DNA of 64,000 nt from Candidatus Aenigmatarchaeota archaeon (GTDB taxonomy: Archaea; Aenigmatarchaeota; Aenigmatarchaeia; GW2011-AR5; JAGGXF01): contig JAGGVU010000013.1 of NCBI GenBank assembly GCA_021157845.1, positions 11,192-75,191 of the forward strand, in the 5' to 3' direction. Position 1 is the first letter of the stretch, and the number at the start of each line of letters is the position of its first letter. Position numbers and translations under genes: made by a program. Positions 34,795 through 45,215 of the stretch are shown piece by piece. Below the pieces are notes generated by a model that saw only the letters and a program-made list of their open reading frames with translations, made no database searches and was not told the origin of the DNA.

Positions 34795-35301
34795 TCATTT
34801 CTTCTTTTTTACCTCAGCAATGTCCCCGATTGTTAGTGGCTCTGCCCTTTTCGGAAGATATTTTCTGAAATCTTCTTCTGGTTGCTTTCTCTTGCTCATG
34901 ATAACCTTCATTTTTCTTTTTCGTTTTTTTTCATCCTTTTTTAGTATTTTTATGCGCAGGGCAAATTCTAGTTTTCTAGCTGTATCCTGGTCTGGTTTTG
35001 TTTCCCCCCTGCAAATTCTATGCAAATAGGAAGCTCTTATCTGAAGAAGTTTTGCAAAATCCTTTAGGTTCTTAAAATTCCTTTTTTCCATCCCTTTTTT
35101 TATTTTTTCTGCAAAATTGTCCACCAATTCTGCTTCTTTTAGTTCTTCGTCTTTTTTTCCATAAACTTTTGCCTTTCTAGTTGGCTTTTCAACAGGTATT
35201 CTCTCGCCTAAAGAGGCACAATATTTACAAACAGATAGAACCGCTCCCTCTAGTTTAATCTTGTATAGACGGCCAGATCTTCCGCACAGTTCGCACTCCA
35301 T
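34795..35301 (-). CDS. mbf1: archaeal multiprotein bridging factor 1 (aMBF1), zinc ribbon + HTH
   Basis: N-terminal CELCG...CxxC zinc ribbon, central XRE-type HTH, Lys-rich C-terminal tail. Confidence 0.75.
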   Translation of the reverse strand: MECELCGRSGRLYKIKLEGAVLSVCKYCASLGERIPVEKPTRKAKVYGKKDEELKEAELVDNFAEKIKKGMEKRNFKNLKDFAKLLQIRASYLHRICRGETKPDQDTARKLEFALRIKILKKDEKKRKRKMKVIMSKRKQPEEDFRKYLPKRAEPLTIGDIAEVKKKK

Positions 35302-35385
35302 GTGATAACCTTAACAATCACTGAAATTAATACAATTTAATAGATAGATAAAGTTTTTAAATCATTTGGGTACCATCCAATATAT

Positions 35386-36006
35386 ATGAAATTAAAAATA
35401 GTTTATAATAACGAAGCAAGAAAAGGATTTAAATCCGGGTGGGGATTTTCCTGCCTGGTTGAGAAAAATGATAAAAAAATACTATTTGATACAGGAGATA
35501 GTTCAGATGCCCTGCTTTACAATATGAAAAAATTGGACATAGACCCAAAACAAATTGATATCGTTGTCATATCACACAACCATTGGGACCATACTGGCGG
35601 GTTAGACGGCTTCTTAAAAAAGAATGAAAATAAGGCAAAAATAATAAATCCTGATGAATTTTCAGAACCTGCCAAAATTGCAAAGGATATTAATTCAACC
35701 GGTTCCCTTCAGAGTTTTCTCGGCCCGGAAGAGCAATCATTATTCATAAAAACGAGAAAAGGATTGATAATTATAGTTGGATGCTCCCATCCCGGAGTTG
35801 ATAAAATTCTGGACGTAGCCAAAAAATACGGAAAGATTTATGCGATTATTGGCGGGTTTCATGGATTTAATAAGCTTGATGCTTTGAAAGATATAAATAT
35901 TATAGGGGCCTGTCACTGCACTAAATATAAGCAGGAGATTAAAGAAAGATTTCCCCAGCAATTCAAAGACATCAAAGCAGGAGATGTTCTGGATTTTGAA
36001 GATTAA
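35386..36006 (+). CDS. metallo-beta-lactamase fold protein (COG1237-like)
   Basis: VISHNHWDHTGG (HxHxDH) motif, GCSHPG and GGFH metal-ligand regions. Confidence 0.75.
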   Translation: MKLKIVYNNEARKGFKSGWGFSCLVEKNDKKILFDTGDSSDALLYNMKKLDIDPKQIDIVVISHNHWDHTGGLDGFLKKNENKAKIINPDEFSEPAKIAKDINSTGSLQSFLGPEEQSLFIKTRKGLIIIVGCSHPGVDKILDVAKKYGKIYAIIGGFHGFNKLDALKDINIIGACHCTKYKQEIKERFPQQFKDIKAGDVLDFED

Positions 36007-36069
36007 AATGATACAGCCAGAAGTGTAAATTATTTATATTCCGTTAATAAAAGAATAATCGGTGATGAA

Positions 36070-36474
36070 ATGATAATAACAGAATCCAAGCCTTTTGGCA
36101 TGATAAAAGACAAATTAAAAAAAACTGATAAAATTTCTTTAAATGCCTGCAACGAATGTGCAAAGCTCTGCGGAACTGGTGGTGAAGAAGGATTAAAAAA
36201 TATGGAAACTAAACTTAAAGAAGCCGGATTCGAAGTTGTTAATAAACTGCTTTTTGCTCCTCTTTGTGATAAAGATTTGGATAAGAAAGTCATGAAAAAT
36301 CTAAAAGGAAACACTATTTTGGTTCTTGCATGCGATGCTGGATTTTATAATATTAAAAAATTATTCAAAAATAAGAAAGTTATCCCCGCCTTAGACACTA
36401 TTGGTTTGGGCGCGTTTGACGAAAGCGGAGATATTAAATTAGTAAGAAGATTTGAGCCATCACCGGGTGAATGA
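36070..36474 (+). CDS. hypothetical Cys-containing protein
   Basis: 134-aa ORF with CNECAKLCG and LACDAG motifs. I do not recognise a family with confidence. Confidence 0.4.
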   Translation: MIITESKPFGMIKDKLKKTDKISLNACNECAKLCGTGGEEGLKNMETKLKEAGFEVVNKLLFAPLCDKDLDKKVMKNLKGNTILVLACDAGFYNIKKLFKNKKVIPALDTIGLGAFDESGDIKLVRRFEPSPGE

Positions 36475-36693
36475 TTTAATCCGGTGATTCAACTAGAATA
36501 CCTTTCGTCGCCAATAGAAAGGCCAATACCAATTATGTAAGCAAGCAATTTATAACCGGTTTTTCTCAACCCTTCTGCTTTTTCTGATTGTTTTTTCAAA
36601 ATAATAATTTCCTCCAACATCTTAAATTACCTATTAATCGCTTGTAAAAATTTTTATAAAGATATTCGTTGTGTGAAATTCACTCTGCCCCGC

Positions 36694-37503
36694 CTATTTG
36701 AATTTTAGAGAGCCAGTATGTTTAAAATAAATTCTGATTGGTTTGTTGAATCTTTTACCCAATTCCTTAATCTCTTTCTGTTTTTCAAACCAAAATTCCT
36801 TTGATAAATTTTTATATTTATCTTCCAACTCAGGAAAGTTCTTTTTTATTGCCTCAAAAACTTCTTTTCTGCACGGATTCAGATTTAAGTCTTCAAAGGA
36901 TAAATGATTGACGAAGGGTGAAACTTCTCTAAAAATCTCTTCTAAGTCAGTTAAGTAGGGAAGTATCGGGCCGACAAAAACATAGGTATAAAATCCTTCT
37001 TGTTTCAATTTCTTTAAAGCTTCTAATCTTGCGTGTGAACTTGGAGAAAACGGCTCAAATACTTTTTTGATATTTTCGTCCAAAGTTGTTATTGTTAAAC
37101 CTAATTTTATGTTTTTGAAGCGTTTAAACAAATCAATATCTCTTGTGATTAAATTGGATTTTGTCAAAATTGATAGTTTGAGATTCGGGTTTAAGTTTTG
37201 AAGAACTTTCCTTGTCAATTGGTATTCTTTGTCAATTGGTTGATATGCATCTCCACCAGTACATAAGATAGCTGTTCCTTCTTTGTCTTTGCTTTCTTTG
37301 GCAACCAATCCTGGTGCATTTATTTTTACATCAACAAACTCGCCCCATTTTTCTTTTTGTTTTCTCCATCTACAAAGAAATTTTAGATAACAATAAATAC
37401 ATCCATGAGTACAACCACGATAGTAGTTAACACCCCAATCTGCACCAGGAATTTTGGTTTTATGTATTACACTTCTTGCTTTTATTTCATATATTTTAAC
37501 CAT
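36694..37503 (-). CDS. radical SAM protein (SplB / COG1533-like)
   Basis: CTHGCIYC (CxxxCxxC) near the N-terminus in the YRGC context typical of the DNA-photolyase-like radical SAM group. Confidence 0.75.
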   Translation of the reverse strand: MVKIYEIKARSVIHKTKIPGADWGVNYYRGCTHGCIYCYLKFLCRWRKQKEKWGEFVDVKINAPGLVAKESKDKEGTAILCTGGDAYQPIDKEYQLTRKVLQNLNPNLKLSILTKSNLITRDIDLFKRFKNIKLGLTITTLDENIKKVFEPFSPSSHARLEALKKLKQEGFYTYVFVGPILPYLTDLEEIFREVSPFVNHLSFEDLNLNPCRKEVFEAIKKNFPELEDKYKNLSKEFWFEKQKEIKELGKRFNKPIRIYFKHTGSLKFK

Positions 37504-37610
37504 AACTAAGAATAAATAAACAGAATTATTTAAATTATACCATTTCGGCGGGGCTCGCTAAAAGAAACATTTATTAAATATCTACTCTCATTATATTTAT
37601 AATAAATCAA

Positions 37611-38005
37611 GAGTGTATATTTTGCAAAATTGCAAATAACGAAGTTAAATCTTTTAAAATGAAGATGAAAAAGTTCTTGCTTTTTTAGATATTAATCCAA
37701 TCAGCATAGGACATACATTAATTATTCCAAAAGAACATTATGAGAATGTGTTTGATATTCCAAAAGAAATTTTAGAGAAGATCATTTTTGTTGCTAAAAC
37801 ACTTGCTGAAAAGTATAAAGAAAAACTTAATATTGCAGGAGTGAATATTTTACACGCTAGTGGAAAAAATGCTCAACAAAGCGTTTTTCATTTCCATATT
37901 CACTTAGTCCCACGATATCCAAAAGATGGAACGAATTTGTGGTTTCATAAATATTCTAAACCAGAAATCAAACTGGAAGATGTATTTAGAAAGATTATTG
38001 AATAA
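37611..38005 (+). pseudogene. HIT-family (histidine triad) gene, frameshifted and lacking an ATG
   Basis: Frame A from 37611 reads ECIFCKIANNEVKSFK. Frame B from 37661 reads EDEKVLAFLDINPISIGHTLIIPKEHYE...HFHIHLVPR. One missing nt near 37658-37661 separates the two frames. Confidence 0.6.
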
Positions 38006-38062
38006 GACGCTCGCATTTGAAAAAAGAAAGTTTAATAAATTTTATAAATTAATTACAAAATA

Positions 38063-38572
38063 ATGAGAGTAGAAAAATGGGATACTGATTTTTATGTTTA
38101 TTTATCAGGAGAAGATATTAAGAAAGTTTGTCATAGGATATCTCCTCAAGAAGATCCTTTTCGCGCAGGACAATATCATTCAATAGTTGCTGAAATAAAG
38201 TATAACCCATTAAGACATAATAAAAGTGTATTAGAAACCTTGACATTAACAGCTACTAGAGATGTAAGTGTACTTAGTAGTGAATATGCTCGTAATGACA
38301 TCTATTTTAGACGTGTAGATGTATATGAATGTGATATATGTAAAAAAAGATTTACTTCAGATGAATGGCCAAACATATGTCCTTTTGACGACACCAAAAT
38401 GAAAATAATAGAGAAGGGGATAGATGTAAAAGTTTACCTTCCACTAGTTGGTGAACTTTTAGAGGGCAAACGCGACCATATAGGTACAAGATATAATATG
38501 CAAGATAAAATTCTGATATTTTACGATAGATACTATCATCAATTAGAGAAGAGGATACACTCGCTTGGATAG
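38063..38572 (+). CDS. hypothetical protein with CxxC...C zinc-ribbon-like element
   Basis: 169-aa ORF containing ECDICKKRFTSDEWPNICPFDD. No recognised family. Confidence 0.45.
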   Translation: MRVEKWDTDFYVYLSGEDIKKVCHRISPQEDPFRAGQYHSIVAEIKYNPLRHNKSVLETLTLTATRDVSVLSSEYARNDIYFRRVDVYECDICKKRFTSDEWPNICPFDDTKMKIIEKGIDVKVYLPLVGELLEGKRDHIGTRYNMQDKILIFYDRYYHQLEKRIHSLG

Positions 38573-38831
38573 ATTTACTTTATCCACAAAGTGGATATTT
38601 ATTAGCAGGTACTTTAAATAATTCGGCTCGCGGGCGGACTTCTCCGCTCATTTCACCCACTCGACCCTAACGGGACAACTAACACTTATTATGCAAGATT
38701 TTCCTAACAGGTCGCATAATAGTCATTTTTGCCTTCTCAATCAGAAATAAAAACATCGGCCTTTGCTACACATTAAGTTATCCAAAAAGAAGTGAAAAAA
38801 GTATAAAATCCACTGACTTTAAAAATATTAG

Positions 38832-39059
38832 CTAGAAATATTCGATTCTTTTTTTCAGCTTGCTTAAATATGGACGAATTTTGCCTGATATTACCATAGC
38901 AGATGCTGCAAGTCCAATCCAATCAAGACAAGCCACAGCTTCCTCAAGATATGAAATCTCTTCAATTGGCTTGGAATAAATAAAAACCAGACTGGTTATC
39001 ATCATTCCATCTGCTGCCAAAATACCTAAATCAAGTTTATTTATCTTGGAAAATTTCAT
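38832..39059 (-). CDS. small membrane protein
   Basis: 75 aa with two hydrophobic helices. Confidence 0.4.
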   Translation of the reverse strand: MKFSKINKLDLGILAADGMMITSLVFIYSKPIEEISYLEEAVACLDWIGLAASAMVISGKIRPYLSKLKKRIEYF

Positions 39060-39247
39060 AATAAAAACCTACATATTTTTGACGGCATATTTTCTAAACC
39101 AATTCTAATAATTTATTCAGTTTTCTTATTTTAGTTAATTACTTATTAATAAGTAAAATTAAACTATTTAAATATTATAATCTTTCAAAGTCTTGAAATT
39201 CAGTTAAACTTTTAAATAAACTATAACAAAGGTTATTAAGTGATTTT

Positions 39248-42166
39248 ATGCTTGACTGGAGAAAGATAGAAGCAGATGTTCAACAATTCTGGAAGGCCAA
39301 AAAAGTAGTTGAATCTGTGACAGATTTTAATAAAAATTACGCCAAACGTGGTAAAAAATTTTATCTTCTGGATGGGCCACCGTATGTAAACGGCATACCG
39401 CATGTCGGTCATGTAAAAACCATGGTGTTCAAGGATATATGGGCAAAATTTATGTTTATGCGTGGCTTTGCCTCATGGTTTCAGCCGGGCTTTGACTGTG
39501 GCGGCTTGCCAATAGAGAATAAAGTCGAAGAAAAATTAAAGATAAAATCAAAAAAGGACATTGAGAAGATCGGTGTTGATAAATTTATAGAAGAATGCAA
39601 AAAATTTGCAGAAGGAAATGAGTCCGTATGGATGAATTTCTATAAGAAGATAGGCGTTTGGAAGGGCTGGCTAGAGCCGTATATGACACATAAAAACTAT
39701 TATCTGGAAGCTGGTTGGTGGACAGTAAAACAGCTTTATGAGAAAGGTATGCTAGTTGAGGGGTATAAGCCGGGTTTCTGGTGCCCGCATTGTGAAACTG
39801 TTTTATCTGGTTATGAAGTCACGGACTCTTACAAAGATATAGAAGACCCCTCCATATATGTTAAATTTCCTGTTTTGGGCAAAAAGAACGAATATCTGCT
39901 TGTATGGACAACGACACCATGGACACTACCTGCAAATGTAGCAATAGTTGCGCACCCAGATGAAATATACGTAAAAATCAAAGTTGAAAAAGAAACATGG
40001 ATATTAGCAAAAAAATTAGTAGAAGAAGTTATGAACAAAGTAGGTAAAAAATATAAAATCATAGAGGAAATCAAAGGAAGTGAACTAGAAGGAATTAAAT
40101 ATAAACCTGTTATCGAAGCAAAGGTGCAAAAAAAACTCGAAAATAATGATAAGGCCCATAGGGTTATTTTATCAGTACCTATACTGAAAACTAAGATTGT
40201 TTCCAAAACATATCTAAAGAAAAAAGTTGAAGAAGGTGGAACATTTGGTCATATGGTTTCCATGGACACTGGAACCGGTCTCGTGCACACCGCTCCTGGG
40301 CATGGGGATGTTGACAACAAACTTGGAAGATATTATAATCTACCAGAGCCGTCACCTGTTGATGAGCATGGATGTTTCACAGAAGATGTAGAAAAATGGA
40401 AAGGCATGTTTGTTAAAGATGCTGATAAAGAAATAATAAAATATTTGAAAGATAAAGGATTTCTTGTCAAGGCTGAAAAGATAGTACATGCATATCCGCT
40501 TTGTTGGAGATGTAAATCCCCGCTTTTATACAGAATGAGCAAGCAGTGGTTCCTGAAAATAGATATAATAAAAAGCAAGATGCTAAAAGAAAACAAAAAA
40601 GTAAACTGGCTCCCTGAATTTGCAAGACAGAGATTTGAAAATCTTTTAACAGATTCGCCGGACTGGGCAATAACAAGACAAAGATATTGGGGAATTCCAA
40701 TTCCAATATGGGAATGTAAATGCGGCAATAGAAAGGTTATCGGCTCTATAAAAGAACTGAAAGAAAATGCTGTTTCTGATATAGATGATAATATAGACCT
40801 GCACAAGCATGAGGTGGATAAAATAAAATTGAAATGCCCAGAATGTGGGGATGAAATGAATAGAATACCAGATATAATGGACGTGTGGTTTGACTCTGGC
40901 ATTTCACCATGGGCGTCATTGGGCTACCCGTTTAGAAACAAAGAGCTTTTCGAAATATTGTGGCCAGTTGACCTAGTAGATGAATCCCAAGACCAGATTA
41001 GAGGATGGTTTTATGCGTTGATGTTTTTATCAACTGCTGTATTTAATAAAAAGCCATATGAAACTGTCTGCCTAAACGGGTGGACACTGGATGAGAAAGG
41101 AGAAAAGATGTCAAAGTCCCTCGGAAATGTAATATTTGCAGAGGATGCCTACAAAGAACTCGGTGCAGACCTGCTGAGATTTTACTTTTGCGTTGACTTG
41201 GCTCCGTGGGATCTAGAAAAATTCAGCATAAAAAAAGCGAAAGAATATAATAAATTTTTCACAATTTTGTTAAACATATATAATTTTATTAATACATACG
41301 GAAAGGAGAATGAAAAAATAAAAACTATAGAAAAAATAGAAGACAGGTGGATATTATCCAAGCTTAATAGACTAATAAAAAACACGACAGAAAACATAAA
41401 AAATTTTAATTTGCACTATGCTGGCCGCGACCTTATAAAATTTGTAATTGAGGATTTCTCAAGAACTTACATAAAACTTATTCGAAACCGAATGGATGAA
41501 AATACATGCGCCATAGTCCGCCACATATTGGAGCGGGTGCTTAAGCTTATGGCACCGATAGCCCCGTTCATAACAGAATATGTATATCAGGCAATGAATA
41601 AAAAAAAGTCAATTCATCTCGAGCAATGGCCAGAAGAGGATAAAAATTTAATAGACCAAAAGATAGAAAATAAGGTTGATGGTGTTCTTGATATAATAAC
41701 AGCCATGAATGCTCAGAGGCGAGAGGTGGGGATAAAACTTAGGTGGCCACTACAAAAGGTCAGTATAGAATATGAAAATTTGGAAGGAACAGAAGAAATA
41801 ATAAAGTCGCTTGGCAATGTTAAGGAAGTAATCTTTGAAAAGGTAAAAAAACCGTCAAAAACCATAACAATCAAAAATAAGAAAGCAAACATATTTTTAG
41901 ACACAAAAATTACAGATGATTTAAAGAAAGAGTGTTTATATAGGGAAGTACAAAGACTTGTTCAATTAATGAGAAAAAGAAATAAGCTCGTAGTTAGCAA
42001 TAAAATAAATCTTTATCTTAGCGAAGAGCTTAAGCCGGTAATAAAAAAATTCGAACAGACCCTCAAAGAGAATGTGCAGGCAAAAAACATAATATATACG
42101 AATATAAAAGAAAAAAATCTAAAATTTGAAAATAAAGCATTTGGGGTTAAAATAGAAAAAATATGA
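39248..42166 (+). CDS. ileS: isoleucyl-tRNA synthetase
   Basis: PPYVNGIPHVGH (HIGH), WTTTPWTLPAN editing-domain signature, KMSKSLGN. Confidence 0.85.
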   Translation: MLDWRKIEADVQQFWKAKKVVESVTDFNKNYAKRGKKFYLLDGPPYVNGIPHVGHVKTMVFKDIWAKFMFMRGFASWFQPGFDCGGLPIENKVEEKLKIKSKKDIEKIGVDKFIEECKKFAEGNESVWMNFYKKIGVWKGWLEPYMTHKNYYLEAGWWTVKQLYEKGMLVEGYKPGFWCPHCETVLSGYEVTDSYKDIEDPSIYVKFPVLGKKNEYLLVWTTTPWTLPANVAIVAHPDEIYVKIKVEKETWILAKKLVEEVMNKVGKKYKIIEEIKGSELEGIKYKPVIEAKVQKKLENNDKAHRVILSVPILKTKIVSKTYLKKKVEEGGTFGHMVSMDTGTGLVHTAPGHGDVDNKLGRYYNLPEPSPVDEHGCFTEDVEKWKGMFVKDADKEIIKYLKDKGFLVKAEKIVHAYPLCWRCKSPLLYRMSKQWFLKIDIIKSKMLKENKKVNWLPEFARQRFENLLTDSPDWAITRQRYWGIPIPIWECKCGNRKVIGSIKELKENAVSDIDDNIDLHKHEVDKIKLKCPECGDEMNRIPDIMDVWFDSGISPWASLGYPFRNKELFEILWPVDLVDESQDQIRGWFYALMFLSTAVFNKKPYETVCLNGWTLDEKGEKMSKSLGNVIFAEDAYKELGADLLRFYFCVDLAPWDLEKFSIKKAKEYNKFFTILLNIYNFINTYGKENEKIKTIEKIEDRWILSKLNRLIKNTTENIKNFNLHYAGRDLIKFVIEDFSRTYIKLIRNRMDENTCAIVRHILERVLKLMAPIAPFITEYVYQAMNKKKSIHLEQWPEEDKNLIDQKIENKVDGVLDIITAMNAQRREVGIKLRWPLQKVSIEYENLEGTEEIIKSLGNVKEVIFEKVKKPSKTITIKNKKANIFLDTKITDDLKKECLYREVQRLVQLMRKRNKLVVSNKINLYLSEELKPVIKKFEQTLKENVQAKNIIYTNIKEKNLKFENKAFGVKIEKI

Positions 42167-42213
42167 TGTGCGCAATTAAAAATACATTGTGTTAACCATC
42201 TGATCTTAATTAA

Positions 42214-43284
42214 GTGAACGACATGAAACAAGTTATAAATTTTCTTAAAAATATAAAAAGGCGCGATCACATTATAATAGTTTTTCACAACGATGGTGAC
42301 GGTATTTGCTCATGCCTACTGATGAAGAAATATCTGGAAAAAAAAGGAGTTGAACCACAGTTCATAATAAGCCAGCCAATGCCTGTACTAAAAAGCCTCG
42401 TGGACAAGATAAAAACATTTGATACAAATAAAATTATTTTTCTTGATTTAGCAATAGACCAGCAGGAAGATATTGTCAAGGAGCTACAAAAATATACAAA
42501 GATTATGATAATAGATCATCATAAGATTGTAAAAAAACTGAAAAATGTTGCATACTATAATCCAAGAATGTATCGGGCTGATGTCTATCAGTCAGCCAGT
42601 TACTGTGTGTATAAAATCGTATCAAAATTGACAGATATGAAAAATTATCTCTGGGTTGCAATTGTTGGCATAATTTCTGATTTTGATGTTAAAGATTCTT
42701 TAGATTTGTTGGAAGATGGAAAAAGGCAGTATCCTGATACAATAAAGTCCACAAAGCAGGAGGAAATACACAAATCGTTTTTTGGAAAATTATCTGATAT
42801 TATAAATGCTGCAAAAGCCAGTAATAGACTAACAGCAGAGGAAATAGTAAAAATTCTTGAAGATGTTAAAGATCCGAAAGATATAACATACACAAACAAA
42901 TTCATTAAGCTTATGAATGCTTATCAGGAAGTTGAAGATGAACTTGAAAACATAAAAGCTAATATGCGCAAAAAAATAGAGATAAACAAAAACATTATTT
43001 TTTGTGAACTTGATACGAAATACAATATAGGATCTGCTGTTTCAACATTAATTAGCAAGAATTATCCTAAAAAAATAGTTATTGTATATCAAAAAAGAAA
43101 GAATGTCAAAGTAAATGCTAGAAGTCAAAATAAAAAAATGAATGTAGCAACAATTTTAAGAAATGCGGCGGCTGTAAATAAAAAAATATCTGCAGGCGGA
43201 CACGAAGCAGCTGCCGGTGCCTTAATACCTTTAGAGTATTGGGAAGATTTCAAGAATAAATTGATAAAAATCGTAAATAAATAG
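42214..43284 (+). CDS. DHH/DHHA1 phosphoesterase (RecJ/GAN-like)
   Basis: FHNDGDGICS, IIDHH and GGHEAAAG motifs. ATG at 42226 is an alternative start. Confidence 0.75.
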   Translation: MNDMKQVINFLKNIKRRDHIIIVFHNDGDGICSCLLMKKYLEKKGVEPQFIISQPMPVLKSLVDKIKTFDTNKIIFLDLAIDQQEDIVKELQKYTKIMIIDHHKIVKKLKNVAYYNPRMYRADVYQSASYCVYKIVSKLTDMKNYLWVAIVGIISDFDVKDSLDLLEDGKRQYPDTIKSTKQEEIHKSFFGKLSDIINAAKASNRLTAEEIVKILEDVKDPKDITYTNKFIKLMNAYQEVEDELENIKANMRKKIEINKNIIFCELDTKYNIGSAVSTLISKNYPKKIVIVYQKRKNVKVNARSQNKKMNVATILRNAAAVNKKISAGGHEAAAGALIPLEYWEDFKNKLIKIVNK

Positions 43285-43287
43285 CAA

Positions 43288-43941
43288 TTACATTTTTGCC
43301 AAAACAAAACAATGGTCTTTCTGATATGGGCTCAGCTCAATTTCACTTTCTATTTTAAATCCCGCTTTTTTTAGTTTTTTTATTTCCTGCTTGTAAACAT
43401 CTTTAGGTGATTTTACAACATCAATGCTTTGCGATTTTATGGCGAGCATGAGATATCCGCCGGGTTTTAAAAATTCTTTACAGTTTCTTATTGCTATTTC
43501 AGTTTCATCTGGCTGTGAAACGTCAACATAAACCAAATCAACTTGCTCAACATATGGATATTCTTCCGGCTTTCTCGCGTCCGCCATTATCGGCATTATA
43601 TTTTTTCTTTCTTTTACCACCTTTATTAGCTCTCTCATCATTCTCTCCGCAAATTCAATCCCGTATATTAACCCACTTTTTCCAATTATATCGCTTACAT
43701 GACTTGCTGTTGTTCCAGCGCTTATTCCTAAATATAAAATTACAGAGCCGGACTTAATGGGAAATATTTTTAATCCGTTTAAAATGGCTGCTGCCAACTT
43801 TGAGCGTGTTGGATCCCATTTTCTATATTGAAAACCATGCACGTCGATAAGTTTTTCTCCATATACTCGTATATGTGGTGTGAGATTTTGGGTGTAAATA
43901 TTATTACCTTTTCTTAAAATGGTGTCAAATATTTTTTTCAT
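43288..43941 (-). CDS. flpA: fibrillarin (rRNA/tRNA 2'-O-methyltransferase)
   Basis: Fibrillarin pattern: WDP.RSKLAA, VLYLGISAGTT.SHVSD SAM-binding motif. Confidence 0.9.
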   Translation of the reverse strand: MKKIFDTILRKGNNIYTQNLTPHIRVYGEKLIDVHGFQYRKWDPTRSKLAAAILNGLKIFPIKSGSVILYLGISAGTTASHVSDIIGKSGLIYGIEFAERMMRELIKVVKERKNIMPIMADARKPEEYPYVEQVDLVYVDVSQPDETEIAIRNCKEFLKPGGYLMLAIKSQSIDVVKSPKDVYKQEIKKLKKAGFKIESEIELSPYQKDHCFVLAKM

Positions 43942-44930
43942 TTTCTCATCTTCCTCATAGCCCGCTCCAATTCTTCTTTCAATTTTGGCTCAAACCGATT
44001 TGAATAAAAATCTATTCTTGCCGCCATCATAAGCTTTGACGAAACCAGCCTTGCAATTTTTCCTCTTATATGTTTTGGGGAATTTTGAATGTATTTGCTC
44101 ATGAAAATCAGGCCATATTTAGGAGACTTGATATGTTTCTTGTTTCTCAGGTGCCTGAATAATGCTTTCTCTGCTCCAAGAATCTGAATGGTTGACGACG
44201 AAAGCTTGGCCAGATTTTGTAAGGAACCGGCTTTTGACAACAGCCTAGCACCCAAAAGTGGATCTACAAGTGATGAAATGTTCGGACATATTTCTTTCAT
44301 AGAATTTTTGATATAATCCTCAATTTGCTTTCTCATTGCAATGGCCTGACATATAAAATAGGCATATTTTTTTACTATTTCTTCATCGCACTTGTCAAAT
44401 TTTATTCCTGTTGATTTTCTGAACTTGGGTATATTTTCTCTGGCCCCATATTCTGATACGATTTTTGCATATTTTTCATTATCTGCCTTTAACTCTGGAT
44501 AGTGCAAGCCAAACCATTCGGTTAGATGTTCTGAAAAAACATTTATCTGTTTTGTTAACTCATCTAAAGTGTTGGACGCCTGTATAATTAATTTGTCTTT
44601 TGTAATAGAAATACTGGCATTTGCGTTAGTTAATAAAATACCGAGCTCAGAAAGGAACCTATTCAGATCGCTATTTGTTTTGGCAAATCCAAGGCTTATT
44701 GCATAATCTCTAAAGTTTTCTCTCATAAATTTTAATGCTATTTTGTCTTGCTTAATTTCATACCCAGACAGTGATTTTAGAAAACTCTGAGAAAAGTTCC
44801 CAGTTAATTTTTTAAAGGCATTTTCTGCATTAGGCGAAAAAAGCTCGTAATAAATTAGCCTGCCTTTACTATCAAAAGCGAAAAACCCTATGGTTGACTT
44901 GCATATATGTGCAACCTGCTTTTTAGACAT
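43938..44930 (-). CDS. nop5: Nop56/58 (Nop5) C/D box sRNP core protein
   Basis: NOP domain motifs (LGA.KALFRHL...PKYG.I). ATGA overlap with flpA. Confidence 0.85.
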   Translation of the reverse strand: MSKKQVAHICKSTIGFFAFDSKGRLIYYELFSPNAENAFKKLTGNFSQSFLKSLSGYEIKQDKIALKFMRENFRDYAISLGFAKTNSDLNRFLSELGILLTNANASISITKDKLIIQASNTLDELTKQINVFSEHLTEWFGLHYPELKADNEKYAKIVSEYGARENIPKFRKSTGIKFDKCDEEIVKKYAYFICQAIAMRKQIEDYIKNSMKEICPNISSLVDPLLGARLLSKAGSLQNLAKLSSSTIQILGAEKALFRHLRNKKHIKSPKYGLIFMSKYIQNSPKHIRGKIARLVSSKLMMAARIDFYSNRFEPKLKEELERAMRKMRK

Positions 44931-45023
44931 AGTTAACTTATCGGGACAATCCTTTAAAAATTAAAGGTTTAAAGCTTTCTGTTAATAAAATCTAAATATT
45001 AATAAAGATTGGTGACGTGATAT

Positions 45024-45215
45024 ATGGGAAGAATCAAAACAAAAGAAATAAAAGATGCCGCGCTTGAATTATTAAAGAAATATCCGGACAAATGGAAAAC
45101 ATCATTTGATGAAAATAAAAAAATTGCCGATGAGCTAAAAATATTCAGTAATAAAAAAACAAGAAACGATGTTATCGGATATTTAACAAGAAAAATCGCT
45201 CAAAGAAATAACTAA
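45024..45215 (+). CDS. rps17e: 30S ribosomal protein S17e
   Basis: MGRIKTKEIK...YPDKW...F..NKK......KK.RN.V.GYLTR matches the archaeal S17e pattern. Confidence 0.8.
   Translation: MGRIKTKEIKDAALELLKKYPDKWKTSFDENKKIADELKIFSNKKTRNDVIGYLTRKIAQRNN

Noticed and set aside
34795-35301. aMBF1 Lys-rich C-terminal tail considered as a separate feature
   Set aside because: It is probably a compositional consequence of the AT-rich genome. Many proteins here have K-rich tails, and there is no independent signal.
42160-42210. ATGATGT ... CTGA pair in the ileS/DHH spacer considered as a C/D box sRNA
   Set aside because: The C box is imperfect, there are no internal D'/C' boxes or terminal stem, and the total length is too short.
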